Positions 48,921-59,092 of a stretch of DNA of 64,000 nucleotides are shown here, in pieces. Each line of letters begins with the position of its first letter. Position 1 is the first letter of the stretch. The translations under genes and the position numbers were made by a program. The notes under the pieces are model-generated. The model was not told the DNA's origin and did not search any database. It worked only from the letters and a program-made list of their open reading frames with translations. Source of the stretch: a virus. Its lineage: Duplodnaviria > Caudoviricetes. Where the stretch lies: IMG/VR virus record IMGVR_UViG_3300023283_000076, positions 192,001 to 256,000 of that record. One strand, 5' to 3'.

Positions 48921-49577
48921 ATGGATATACATAAAATATTAGAAGCTCCCTTACCTGATGATTGGGATAGTAGTAAATTTTCTTCCAATAACACATTTAA
49001 AGATAGAATAGAATATGCTAAAAAAATGGCGCAACGAATCGGCGGGGGTTCTAGCAGAATAGCTTTTTTAATTAAATATAAAAATCGAGATACAATATTG
49101 AAAGTTGCCAAGAATAAAAAGGGGATGGTTCAAAATGAAAGAGAATCCATGGCCTTTAATGATGCTAGTATGCTTGGTGTTGAAGGCACTGTTACGGTTC
49201 CCATGATTGATTATGACGAAAAAAATTCACAACCCACATGGCTACACGTTGAATACGCACCTAAATTAAAAAGTGAGAAACAATTTAGACAATTATCCGG
49301 GGGATTTGAATTAGAAGATATATTAAATTATGCTGCTAAATTAACCAATAATCGATCAATACTAGGAGCAAATAATAAAACTTTTTCGAATGAATTTACT
49401 GATAAAATATGGGAAGCCGAGGGGTCATTTGCATATGAGTTAGTTAATTTTATAGGTAATACTGACACACATTTAGCTGATTTACGCAGACTTTCAAACT
49501 GGGGCGCATATAATAACAATCCCGTTATTATAGATTTGGGAGTAGATGAACAAATATTGAAAAAATTCTATTCTTGA
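48921..49577 (+). CDS. Protein-kinase-like fold protein
   Basis: IGGGSSRIAF (Gly loop), ILKVAK (beta3 Lys), QNERE (alphaC Glu), LADL...SNWG (catalytic loop), VIIDLG (DFG-like). Confidence 0.7.
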   Translation: MDIHKILEAPLPDDWDSSKFSSNNTFKDRIEYAKKMAQRIGGGSSRIAFLIKYKNRDTILKVAKNKKGMVQNERESMAFNDASMLGVEGTVTVPMIDYDEKNSQPTWLHVEYAPKLKSEKQFRQLSGGFELEDILNYAAKLTNNRSILGANNKTFSNEFTDKIWEAEGSFAYELVNFIGNTDTHLADLRRLSNWGAYNNNPVIIDLGVDEQILKKFYS

Positions 49578-49610
49578 GTAATACTTATTTTTAATCATCA
49601 ATTTATACAG

Positions 49611-49618
49611 TATAAATA
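49611..49618 (+). promoter_or_regulatory. Late promoter TATAAATA
   Basis: Exact consensus upstream of ORF 49645. Confidence 0.7.
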
Positions 49619-49644
49619 TTATTAACTAAAAATGGGGATCTGTT

Positions 49645-49995
49645 TTGAAAGATATTAAAGATTTATCTTTTTCAGAGTATTATAAATCAAAGCAACAATT
49701 GTTAGAGAAAGCAGAGGACACGCCTAGAATATACTCTTTATATGAAATTAAAACATATAAAAAGGTTCCTTTAAAAGAATCTTATGACGATGAGGATAAA
49801 ACATATATAAATTTTAAGCCTAAAGATCGTATAAAAATATTATGGGAATATGAAGATATATATTATCCTACTGCTAGAAATTTTGTAGTATTGTCGGAAG
49901 AAAACAATACCAAAACTTATTATCCATGTTGGGGCAGTAAAAAGCTGTTAAAGTGGGTATTAGTTAACACCAAAGAGATAGAAAATGTTAATTAA
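49645..49995 (+). CDS. Hypothetical late protein
   Basis: 116 aa, TTG start. Confidence 0.6.
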   Translation: MKDIKDLSFSEYYKSKQQLLEKAEDTPRIYSLYEIKTYKKVPLKESYDDEDKTYINFKPKDRIKILWEYEDIYYPTARNFVVLSEENNTKTYYPCWGSKKLLKWVLVNTKEIENVN

Positions 49996-50362
49996 CATTA
50001 ATTCACGAATATATAAAAATCCATATGGGTTAAAGGATTTTTTAAAAATGGCTGAAACAATAAACAATATATGCCATGAAAATTTTGATGTTTACCAGTT
50101 ATGTATTTTAAAAAGTGAATTAGAATCGATAGATAATGAATATAATGAGAAAGATAAATTATTTAACAGGCATACACGGGTAAAACTAACCAATCGAATG
50201 AAAAAATATTCTAAAATTTCTCCATGTGCAGAAATTTTCTATATGTCTATATTTCGTGAGTTGCTTAACAAGCATAAAAATGAACCCATACATGAACTTA
50301 TTAGATACATTAATAAACTAACATTAATGTCTAAAAATGGTGCCATAACTACTAAATATTAG
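49985..50362 (+). CDS. Hypothetical protein
   Basis: 125 aa, overlapping start. Confidence 0.6.
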   Translation: MLININSRIYKNPYGLKDFLKMAETINNICHENFDVYQLCILKSELESIDNEYNEKDKLFNRHTRVKLTNRMKKYSKISPCAEIFYMSIFRELLNKHKNEPIHELIRYINKLTLMSKNGAITTKY

Positions 50363-50390
50363 TATTATTTACCAAGGGGTTAGAGAATTT

Positions 50391-51101
50391 ATGTGGCCTA
50401 AACTTTTAGAATGGTTAGAAAAGTATGGCGGGGAAAGTATTGTTGTTCTTGTAATATCAGGTGCACTATATGTTTTTTGGGAAACTTATATCAAATACAT
50501 TTTCCAAAAAAAATATTCTGATTACAAAAGAAAAAACGACAACCCCGTTTTAGAAGATAAACCAGCAACGACCGAAGAACAAAAGGATATGTTGAAACAT
50601 CAAGATTTTTTTTCTAATGTTGAATTTAAAATTAATGTGGATATTCCGTCGGAAGATTTTTCAAAAAATCCTGTTAAAAAGTGTCTTTATAAAAATATTT
50701 TATTGATATTGTTTGAAGCGTATCATGAAAACATGTTAATTTTTATAAAGAATTTAGATGTTAATTGGGACAAGCATGAATGGTTAAAAGAGTTAAATAC
50801 CGTAAATTATAAAATTATAGAGGAATTGAAATCGAAATCTACGCAGCGTGGAATTCCTAAAAAGGCGATTCAGTTTTTTCTGACATGGTATAATCCGTTT
50901 ATGCAACAAATTTATTTTTATATGAGAAAGATTTCAGATATGGATAATAGAAATGCTGTGGATAATACAAATACATATCTTTTATTATTAGAATTAATAT
51001 TGATGAACACCTTGTCAGACATTAAAAATATCGGTAACTTTGATTTTGAATTAGATGGGTTAGAATATAAAGGTCAGATAATAACAGGCGAAGATGGGTA
51101 A
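50391..51101 (+). CDS. Membrane-anchored protein with a single N-terminal TM helix
   Basis: SIVVLVISGALYVFWETYI followed by a basic patch and a soluble domain. Confidence 0.65.
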   Translation: MWPKLLEWLEKYGGESIVVLVISGALYVFWETYIKYIFQKKYSDYKRKNDNPVLEDKPATTEEQKDMLKHQDFFSNVEFKINVDIPSEDFSKNPVKKCLYKNILLILFEAYHENMLIFIKNLDVNWDKHEWLKELNTVNYKIIEELKSKSTQRGIPKKAIQFFLTWYNPFMQQIYFYMRKISDMDNRNAVDNTNTYLLLLELILMNTLSDIKNIGNFDFELDGLEYKGQIITGEDG

Positions 51102-51151
51102 GAACACTTTTTAGCTGGTTATTTTGAAGGGTCAAGGGGTATTTGCTTTTT

Positions 51152-51159
51152 GATAAATA
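51152..51159 (+). promoter_or_regulatory. Late promoter variant GATAAATA
   Basis: 29 nt upstream of the gp13-like gene. Confidence 0.6.
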
Positions 51160-51187
51160 ATAGACATATAAAGATTTAACCTATAAC

Positions 51188-54124
51188 ATGTCTATATACG
51201 ATTCATTTGCAGATAAGCCTAACAGAATTAGAGAAGAAGGGCAAGAGATAACATTAAGATTTTCTCGTATTGACGATAATACTGGAAAAATAACATGGAA
51301 TATACCACCCGGGTTTAAAGGATGTGCCGGGGATGGTGTTTATGATGGGATTGTAATAACAGTAAGCAGAAGTCCAGCAGATTATATCGAATCGTCTCCC
51401 AAAGATGGGACTTTTTATATAGGCGACAATAGTGTTGACCCAGATTTACATGCTGGAAGTAAACTTCTTAATAACGAAGAAGAAAAGGTTTTAGTGGTTG
51501 GTGCTTTTTATAATGACAGAACCACTACAGAACTTGAAGTGATGGATCTTGAACCTAGGACCGCGTATTATTTTTCGGGATACGCAGTAGATAATGTGGC
51601 AAGGTATCACAGAGAGGGAGTGCATTCATATTCTCTTCCTACCGGAATAGCAGAAAGTAATGAGGAAATGTTGACCTCAGCAGAGCATGTCGTAGATTTA
51701 GATGAGGATGTAAACCTATCATCGGCTACTGGTGTTAAGGAAGGAAAAGAGTTTAATATAATAGCTGACATAAACGAAGAAGAAGATGTAGAAATAAAAA
51801 TAAACGGAAATGAAGCAAAAACGTATCGTTCTATGATAGAGACTATCAACCAACGATACATGGAACTAGATGAACCATATTATTCCCCCACGGTTCCATT
51901 TAAGGGCACTATTTTTACAATTAACGGACAATTTTATAGATGGGACGGTGAAAGTAGAATAGAGATTAATCCGTTAGAAAGCGATAATATACCGAACATC
52001 GCACAAGAGGGAGATTTGTGGTATAATACTACTATAGGAACGTTAAATGAATACGATTCTGGTCAGTGGGTAGAACAAACAGTCATAAAATATGATTTTG
52101 ATATTACAACGCCACCAGACGGGGCCATTTGGTTTGATGGTGTTATGGCAAGAGAATGGAGGGGAGATTTATGGTGTGATGTAAATACTATAATAAGTGA
52201 GAGAAACCCTCTTTTGCCTCCAAAACTAAAGGGAAATGTATATTGGTTCAATACTGATACGGGAGAGTTTTTTGAAAGAAATACTGAATTAAAAAAATGG
52301 GAAGATGCGTTAGTTATACATTTTTCGAAAGATCCAGAGGACATAGACATTGGAGATTTTTGGTTTGATGAAACAAATGAAAAGGTTTTTCAATTAATAT
52401 CTGGATTTTTATGGGAAGAGGTTACGGATATAATTTTTGAGGAAACGAATTCCACACCGTCTAACAATGAAGAAGAAGTAGAATACAGATATGTAATAGA
52501 TGAGCAGACTCTATATGAATGGAAGGCTACTGAATTAGAATGGGTACCCGTTCCAATCGCCATATTTCCAACAGACCCAAGAAATAGAGAATCATGTGGT
52601 CTATGGTGGGATTCATCACCAAACGTTGACAATGTGTTTTTGTGGGACAATATCAATAATACATGGATTCCTTCGGATAGTTTTTTCCAACAGTCTAGAG
52701 ACCCGGCGTTACCTGAAAAGTTAGAAGAGGGTAGTGTTTGGTATAACTCCAAAACAGGAGAACTGCTAAAAATATTAAGTCAAACATGCGAGAAGGTTAA
52801 TTTCATAGATGAAGTGTTTAATCCGGTGAATGACGTTCCTATTGGTTTATTCTGGAAACATGATGACATATTCAAAGAATGGAATGGAACCAATTGGGTA
52901 GAAATAGATCCACAACCATTAAATTGGATCAAAGACCCTACGATTGTTGAGGAAGGAACCTATTGGTTAAATTCAATGAATGTTTTAAAGGTTTGGAACG
53001 GAACCGAGTGGATGGAAGTAGAAGTATCAAATGAAGATCCAATTCCAGATGATGGTTTTCTTTGGTATAATACTGTAGACAAACAGTTATATGAATGGAA
53101 CGAAAATACTAAATGGACAAAAACTACAGGTGTAGTTTTTGTTGAGTTTGTCCCTAAAAAAACAGTAGAAGGGCGAGCATTATTAGAGTTTAAAACGCGT
53201 AAAAAGGGTTGTGATGCGTTTCTGGAATTAAAGGCGAGAAAAGATAATATTTTATCTGCGCTTAAAACGAGTATACGATATAGACATCCAAAAGAAGGTA
53301 AAGATTTAGAAGAAGGCAACCCCATGTATAAAAGATTAGGCGTGGGGGATGATGGCAGCCCAGATGAACGAAGAGAGCTTCATGATACAGTACGCCAAAT
53401 ATTAGGGGAACCAAGCACTAAAGTAGAGTTATCTAAAGCAAATATTGATATATGCATAGACAATGCACTGACACAACTTAGGAAATATGGTGGCATATCA
53501 TATAAAAGAGGGTTCTTTTTCTTAGATCTTAAACCTAACCAACAACATTATGTATTAAATGACCGATGCACTGGGTTTAATACAATAGTAGAAGTAAAGG
53601 GTGTGTTCAGATTACGCAGTGGTTTTTTTCAAGGGGCGTATTCTGGCCATGACATTTATGGATATGCAGCACTAAAACAATTATACACATTAGGCTCTTT
53701 TGATTTATTAACTTTCCACAACGTATCCCATTTTATTGAAGAATTAGAAACTCTATTTGCTACAAGAATAACATATCAATGGGTTGAAAGATTAAGAGAA
53801 CTCCGGCTATTGAACGCAATTTATCATCCAGAGCGGGTATTAGTAGATGCCAGTATAGAAAGAACGGAACAAGATTTAATTGTAGATAGGGGAACCAAGT
53901 TATGGTTACAACGATGGGCAGTAGCTGAGGCGAAAATGATGCTATCGCAGAGCCGAGGAAAATTTCAAACGTTGCCCGGGCCTAACGGGAGCACTGTATT
54001 AAATGCACAAGAATTAATTACACAATCCGAGGCTGAGAAAGCAGTATTAATGGAAGAGCTAGAAGACATGGCAATGCAGGGAGTAGAAGAAGTAGGATTA
54101 AGTGCTTATTTTGTATTAGGATAA
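51188..54124 (+). CDS. gp13: Neck protein gp13-like (C-terminal ~270 aa) fused to an N-terminal beta-sandwich and Trp-rich repeats
   Basis: ILGEP..KVELS..NIDICIDNAL...WLQRWA.AEAK..L...RGKF..LPG....V.LN..EL...EAEK. Confidence 0.8.
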   Translation: MSIYDSFADKPNRIREEGQEITLRFSRIDDNTGKITWNIPPGFKGCAGDGVYDGIVITVSRSPADYIESSPKDGTFYIGDNSVDPDLHAGSKLLNNEEEKVLVVGAFYNDRTTTELEVMDLEPRTAYYFSGYAVDNVARYHREGVHSYSLPTGIAESNEEMLTSAEHVVDLDEDVNLSSATGVKEGKEFNIIADINEEEDVEIKINGNEAKTYRSMIETINQRYMELDEPYYSPTVPFKGTIFTINGQFYRWDGESRIEINPLESDNIPNIAQEGDLWYNTTIGTLNEYDSGQWVEQTVIKYDFDITTPPDGAIWFDGVMAREWRGDLWCDVNTIISERNPLLPPKLKGNVYWFNTDTGEFFERNTELKKWEDALVIHFSKDPEDIDIGDFWFDETNEKVFQLISGFLWEEVTDIIFEETNSTPSNNEEEVEYRYVIDEQTLYEWKATELEWVPVPIAIFPTDPRNRESCGLWWDSSPNVDNVFLWDNINNTWIPSDSFFQQSRDPALPEKLEEGSVWYNSKTGELLKILSQTCEKVNFIDEVFNPVNDVPIGLFWKHDDIFKEWNGTNWVEIDPQPLNWIKDPTIVEEGTYWLNSMNVLKVWNGTEWMEVEVSNEDPIPDDGFLWYNTVDKQLYEWNENTKWTKTTGVVFVEFVPKKTVEGRALLEFKTRKKGCDAFLELKARKDNILSALKTSIRYRHPKEGKDLEEGNPMYKRLGVGDDGSPDERRELHDTVRQILGEPSTKVELSKANIDICIDNALTQLRKYGGISYKRGFFFLDLKPNQQHYVLNDRCTGFNTIVEVKGVFRLRSGFFQGAYSGHDIYGYAALKQLYTLGSFDLLTFHNVSHFIEELETLFATRITYQWVERLRELRLLNAIYHPERVLVDASIERTEQDLIVDRGTKLWLQRWAVAEAKMMLSQSRGKFQTLPGPNGSTVLNAQELITQSEAEKAVLMEELEDMAMQGVEEVGLSAYFVLG

Positions 54125-54132
54125 TTTATACT

Positions 54133-55845
54133 ATGGAAGATGATAAAAAAGTAGACTGTTTCCCCACAGAAGACGATGTTGTAAAGGATTGTCCTGACGA
54201 TGGGGTTATAGGTCCAAACGATCCTACATTTGACGATCCCACTACAAATGATCCTTGTGCAGATAACGCTCAGAATCTACCGTGTCCTACGGAAGAGCCA
54301 TGTTATCCATGGCAATTTACAAACTTCACACAAGAGGTTTGTTCAATTGAGGGATACGTGGAAGAGTCTATTAACATCGGGGCTGCAGTGGTAAATGTTC
54401 ATAAACTTCTTGGTATTCATGAACAAAAAAAATTAGTTGATGTAACGGGAATGGGGAAAGCTATTTCAAATGGTGATCATCCTAATTTCCCGGCAGACAA
54501 CGCCTTTGACAAATATGATACTGAATGGAGATCTGAACAATTAGGAAAAGATGTTACACGCAAGGCATATATCGGTTATGATTTTGGACCAATACGGTTA
54601 GATAATGGAAGAGTCAGGTATTCTATAGAAACCTTTGTAAAAAAGAATGTAGCCACAATAAGATTCCAACAGGGTTGTGATGCAAAAAATAGAGTTACAA
54701 AGGTAAGACTAGAACGATCATATGACGGAGAAAAATGGTATGGAGTTTCTGCAATCAAAATACCAGATTGCGAGGGTTTAGTAACAGTGCATTTTAAGTC
54801 TACTGCACCGGCAAGGTATTGGCGAGTTCGACCCTTGGCTTTTAACGGTGGTGACAAAGATTATTGGGCAGTCAAGGCACTTCAATTATCTGAACATGAG
54901 AAAACGGACATAAGAAACATACAAGATAAAATATTTTTAGAAAATAGAGATAGAAAATATTCAAAAGATGTTATTCGGACAAAAGGATCGTATGCTCCTG
55001 TAGAATATTCGGCATTCTTATCAAAAATCGGAATGAATAGTCCATTTAATGCAGAACAATTCATTTTTGAATTTTCATTCAGACAAATAATTCGAGAAAT
55101 TGGGAGACCCTTAGTTATAGGTGATATAATACAAATACCTAGCGAGACATATTTTAATACTTCATTGGACCCGAAGCTAAAATACCTTGAAATAACAAAC
55201 GTAGCGTGGGCTACGACGGGTTTTAGTCCCCAATGGGTGCCCACTATGCTTAGAGCTATTGCGGAGCCTGCAATGGCTTCTAGAGAGACACAGGATGTAT
55301 TTGGTAAACTGACCGAAGATTTGGATGAGCTAGGAACATCAGACACTAACGACGGGAATAGAAGAAATAAAAATTATCAAGACATACATGATGTTTCTGA
55401 CACAGTAGCGTCTGATGCAAATACACAAGTTCCCCATAGAGGGCAAGATTATGCCAACAAACAAAAATTAAGTAACGAATTAAAAGATTGGATAGAAACT
55501 AATTTAGATGGGAAAGACCCAAATAGACTAGATCGCAATCGTCACATATGGGGAATTGATGGCTTGCCCCCAAACGGTGAAGAATTTACCGAAGGAGAAA
55601 AATTCCCCGACAATCCAAAAGATAGAGATTACCATAGAATAACATATGATAGTATTGACCGGAATCTTTCACCTGCACTATATAGGTTCTCAAAAGCAAA
55701 AAATAAATGGATTTACATGGAAACGGATTTGCGCCATGAATGGAAAGAAACGAAAGCAACTCTTACTAGCTTTTTAAACCCTGCTGGAGAAGATAAAGAT
55801 TTTCGAAGTGATGTGGATGATATCGAAGGTAAACTGGATGAATAA
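54133..55845 (+). CDS. gp14: Neck/head-closure protein gp14-like with an inserted F5/8 type C (discoidin) domain
   Basis: YVEESINIG...V.VHKLLG and FLENRDRKY...GRP..IGDIIQ.P flank ADNAFD...W...YIGYDFG...RLERS.DG..W...ARYWRV. Confidence 0.7.
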   Translation: MEDDKKVDCFPTEDDVVKDCPDDGVIGPNDPTFDDPTTNDPCADNAQNLPCPTEEPCYPWQFTNFTQEVCSIEGYVEESINIGAAVVNVHKLLGIHEQKKLVDVTGMGKAISNGDHPNFPADNAFDKYDTEWRSEQLGKDVTRKAYIGYDFGPIRLDNGRVRYSIETFVKKNVATIRFQQGCDAKNRVTKVRLERSYDGEKWYGVSAIKIPDCEGLVTVHFKSTAPARYWRVRPLAFNGGDKDYWAVKALQLSEHEKTDIRNIQDKIFLENRDRKYSKDVIRTKGSYAPVEYSAFLSKIGMNSPFNAEQFIFEFSFRQIIREIGRPLVIGDIIQIPSETYFNTSLDPKLKYLEITNVAWATTGFSPQWVPTMLRAIAEPAMASRETQDVFGKLTEDLDELGTSDTNDGNRRNKNYQDIHDVSDTVASDANTQVPHRGQDYANKQKLSNELKDWIETNLDGKDPNRLDRNRHIWGIDGLPPNGEEFTEGEKFPDNPKDRDYHRITYDSIDRNLSPALYRFSKAKNKWIYMETDLRHEWKETKATLTSFLNPAGEDKDFRSDVDDIEGKLDE

Positions 55846-55856
55846 CCCCGACACTC

Positions 55857-55885
55857 TTGCTAATTCCTAAATAATCCAGTATAAT
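55857..55885 (+). promoter_or_regulatory. Sigma70-type promoter TTGCTA-17-TATAAT
   Basis: Upstream of the replicative helicase. Confidence 0.75.
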
Positions 55886-55913
55886 TCTCTGAGTCAATAT
55901 TCAAAAGGATTTA

Positions 55914-57416
55914 ATGAATAATAAAAAACAAAAACATATTATTAATAATATGCTTAATTCTGTGGACCTTATGGGGCGATGTATTGATATTATTGAACCC
56001 ACATTTTTTGACCCTGAATATATACCGCATATAAAATTTCTTTTAGATTATCATATAAAATATAATACAAATCCGTCACCCGAATTGATGAATTCAGAAA
56101 TCGATTCAGAAATTATATATGAAAAGTATACGATTCCCACAGATGAAATTGAATATACTGCAGAAGAAGTTGAATCGTTTTGTAGACAATCTGCAATGCG
56201 AGATGCGATAACAGAAAGTTTTTCATTGATACAGGAAAACAATTTTGGTGAAGTATATAAAAAAGTTTCAGATGCATTAAACGTAAGTTTAAAAAAAGAT
56301 TTGGGATTAGACGTATATGAAGATCCAGAAAATAGATTAAATAAAATGTTGGAAGAGTTGGATTATATCCCTTCAGGTATTAAAAGTTTAGATAATTTAA
56401 TGGGTGATGGTGCACTAAGGAAACAATTTCAAATAGTATCAGCAAATTCAGGGGGAGGGAAATCGGTATTTTTGTCAAATATTGCCAACAATTATTCGTT
56501 ACAAGGATTAGATGTTGTATACATATCTTTAGAATTACCACCAGAAATGATATTTTTGCGGCAAGCTTATATTATGACTTCCTTTTCTCATCGTGTATGG
56601 AAAAGTAAAATACCAGAAATAGCTTCGAAAATGTCAGAGTTTAAAAAGTTCGGAGTTGGAAATTTTAGAATAGTGAGACTTCCAATAGGAAGCAATGCAA
56701 ACGCAATACGCGCATATTTAAAGCAATATGAGATAGAATTCGAAAAAACACCTGACGCATTAATAGTTGATTATTTGGATCTAATGTCACCTATTTCAGG
56801 GGCAAAAAATAAAGGAATTTCAGAGCAAGACAAAGAAAAATCTGAAGAGATATATGAACTGCTTCATACATATGATATGATTGGTTGGTCTGCGTCTCAA
56901 CAAAACAGAGACGCGTTAAAAATGAATTCGCCCGATCAGTCGGTAGTAGCAGGTGGGCTCTCAAAAGTTAATATATGTGATAATTGGATATCTGTTTATA
57001 TGAGTGGGGAGATGCGGCTTGCGGGCGAGCTTATGATATTTATGTTAAAAACAAGATATGCAGATGGGCAACATCAGAGTTCTTTGTTATCGTTTGACGA
57101 TGGTAGTTTAAAGATATCAGATCATGAAACTCCTGATAAATCTGAAGATTTGATCCGTCAAATTGAGAAACGAAAAAATAATAAAAGTTCTTCGAAAGAG
57201 AAAGAGGTATTAGAGTCGGTGATTGATGCAAGAGAGATTGATTTACCCGGCGCACAAAACGATGAAGAAACTAAGATAATAAATAACAGATTAGACCGTC
57301 TAAAAAAAGACCTAGTAGATTTTTCAGATGAAGATGATAATGAGCCAATACACGAAAATCAAGATTTATTAGATCTTATAGAAAGTACAAATCATTTACA
57401 AACAAAGGATAGTTAA
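55914..57416 (+). CDS. gp41: Replicative DnaB-family helicase, gp41-like
   Basis: ANSGGGKSVFLSN, YISLELP, LIVDYLDLM, SASQQNR, KTRY. Confidence 0.92.
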   Translation: MNNKKQKHIINNMLNSVDLMGRCIDIIEPTFFDPEYIPHIKFLLDYHIKYNTNPSPELMNSEIDSEIIYEKYTIPTDEIEYTAEEVESFCRQSAMRDAITESFSLIQENNFGEVYKKVSDALNVSLKKDLGLDVYEDPENRLNKMLEELDYIPSGIKSLDNLMGDGALRKQFQIVSANSGGGKSVFLSNIANNYSLQGLDVVYISLELPPEMIFLRQAYIMTSFSHRVWKSKIPEIASKMSEFKKFGVGNFRIVRLPIGSNANAIRAYLKQYEIEFEKTPDALIVDYLDLMSPISGAKNKGISEQDKEKSEEIYELLHTYDMIGWSASQQNRDALKMNSPDQSVVAGGLSKVNICDNWISVYMSGEMRLAGELMIFMLKTRYADGQHQSSLLSFDDGSLKISDHETPDKSEDLIRQIEKRKNNKSSSKEKEVLESVIDAREIDLPGAQNDEETKIINNRLDRLKKDLVDFSDEDDNEPIHENQDLLDLIESTNHLQTKDS

Positions 57417-57417
57417 T

Positions 57418-57696
57418 ATGGCACTCGAATTAGAAAAAACACATTATTTCACATTAGAAGATGGCACTAATATATTAGTATCACATCTTCCAGATTCAAT
57501 AAAAGAGCAGGTTAAAATATATGATGAGATTAGAGAAAATTTCTTACAAAAATCCTTCGAAGCTCAAGTATATAATCTAGCTAGCGAACAAAAACGGCTC
57601 CAGCTTAAAAAAATGCTTGAAAATTATTTAACCTCTGAAGAAACCGAAAGCAAAAAAGATCATACTGATACTAGAAATGCCGTAGATCAAGAATAA
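57418..57696 (+). CDS. Hypothetical protein
   Basis: 92 aa, coupled to the helicase. Confidence 0.65.
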   Translation: MALELEKTHYFTLEDGTNILVSHLPDSIKEQVKIYDEIRENFLQKSFEAQVYNLASEQKRLQLKKMLENYLTSEETESKKDHTDTRNAVDQE

Positions 57697-57708
57697 CGCA
57701 AATATTTT

Positions 57709-58281
57709 TTGAAATATAATATAAAATGGAACATGCTTATGAATACTGAAACTGACGAAAGTGAAGAAGACTATAAAAACGTAGAAACTACAAAAAAAGC
57801 TCATGCGCTAGAAAAATGGTTAAACTTAGAAGAAGAGTCTACTGAAGTTGAAAAGGTTACATATAATTTCCCACGAAAAGAATCTAAACATTATGATTCA
57901 AAGGATCGTGAGATAGAAGAACAGGCCCACAAAATATTTGAAGAAGCAATGTCTGGCTATCTTAGCTTGGAAAGTTTATTATCCAGTATAGAACCCAAAT
58001 ACAGAGCACGAATGGCCGAAGTTGCTCTGGCGTATTTAAATACTGCTCTTGATGCGACAGATACTAAAAATAAACAAAAAGAATCATTAGAAAAACTAAA
58101 ACTCCAAAAAGAGAAATTACTAAGGGGCTCAGATAAATCTGATAGTACAGTATTTGTTACTGCGGATAGAAATAAATTATTAAAAGAACTCCGTAAAGAA
58201 TATGATAAGCGTAATGGGGTAATTGACATTAATTCAGACGATTCAGACGATTCAGACGAAGGAAATACTGAAAATGATTGA
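57709..58281 (+). CDS. gp16: Terminase small subunit, gp16-like (true start may be ATG ~57731-57740)
   Basis: EPKYRARMAEVA..YL.TALDA...coiled coil...STVFVTADRN.LLKEL resembles the gp16 AR..EV / VF.G....L pattern. Upstream of gp17. Confidence 0.6.
   Translation: MKYNIKWNMLMNTETDESEEDYKNVETTKKAHALEKWLNLEEESTEVEKVTYNFPRKESKHYDSKDREIEEQAHKIFEEAMSGYLSLESLLSSIEPKYRARMAEVALAYLNTALDATDTKNKQKESLEKLKLQKEKLLRGSDKSDSTVFVTADRNKLLKELRKEYDKRNGVIDINSDDSDDSDEGNTEND
58232..58258 (+). repeat. 9-bp tandem repeat ATTCAGACG x3 (DSD tail)
   Basis: Seen directly. Confidence 0.85.
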
Positions 58282-59089
58282 TGGTAATCATAGAAAGAAT
58301 GAAATAATACGGTTAATTAAAGAATGTATAACATCGATGCGTGTAAGAAATGGACAAATTGTAATTAATGAAGACGAATTTGCAGATGTGCGTGAATTTG
58401 TTCCAATAGTTAAATCATTGTGTAATTTTTTGGTCGAGTCTAATTTTGAAGAAGTATACTGTGAAAAGATAAATGATACTAATAATATTGTAATTTATAA
58501 TGGAGATTCTGATTGTCTTGGAACATTATATAATATTATATGTTCTGATAGCATGACATTTTCCGGAACAATAGGAGTTCGACAAATAGAAAAGGACGGT
58601 GGAATTTCCGCTCATCTTAATTATTTATCATTATTTTTAGAACCACGTGGGTTAGATTTTTTAGAAAACAACTTTAATGTAAAAAAAGATTTCCCCAGAA
58701 CAGAAAATGATGTTATAGATGTTTATATGAATCTATACAAAGTATTACGAAGATATTTTGAAACCTTTCCCATGGCAATGTATTCGTTGATGACAGGAAT
58801 TAAAAGGGTATATAGTCTACCAAACAGTGGAATAATAATAAACCCAACCAATTTTGAAATTGTAGATTTTAAAAATTTTAAAAATGTAAATTTAATAAAC
58901 TTTTCACATGAATCTTTTACATATGAGTTATCAAAAAATACTCCCCACTTGAAAATATGTTTTGAAGGCATTAAACTAATGAATCTTAGAACAAAAATAG
59001 ATTATAAAAGTAAAAAGTTTAGACTACGTTTTATGATGGAAACGGGAAAAAACTTTTTTAAAATATTTGAAAAATTATCGGAGATATAA
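58274..59089 (+). CDS. Hypothetical protein
   Basis: ATG 58274 is preferred over the track's TTG 58223, which lies inside the repeat of the upstream gene. Confidence 0.65.
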   Translation: MIDGNHRKNEIIRLIKECITSMRVRNGQIVINEDEFADVREFVPIVKSLCNFLVESNFEEVYCEKINDTNNIVIYNGDSDCLGTLYNIICSDSMTFSGTIGVRQIEKDGGISAHLNYLSLFLEPRGLDFLENNFNVKKDFPRTENDVIDVYMNLYKVLRRYFETFPMAMYSLMTGIKRVYSLPNSGIIINPTNFEIVDFKNFKNVNLINFSHESFTYELSKNTPHLKICFEGIKLMNLRTKIDYKSKKFRLRFMMETGKNFFKIFEKLSEI

Positions 59090-59092
59090 TAT

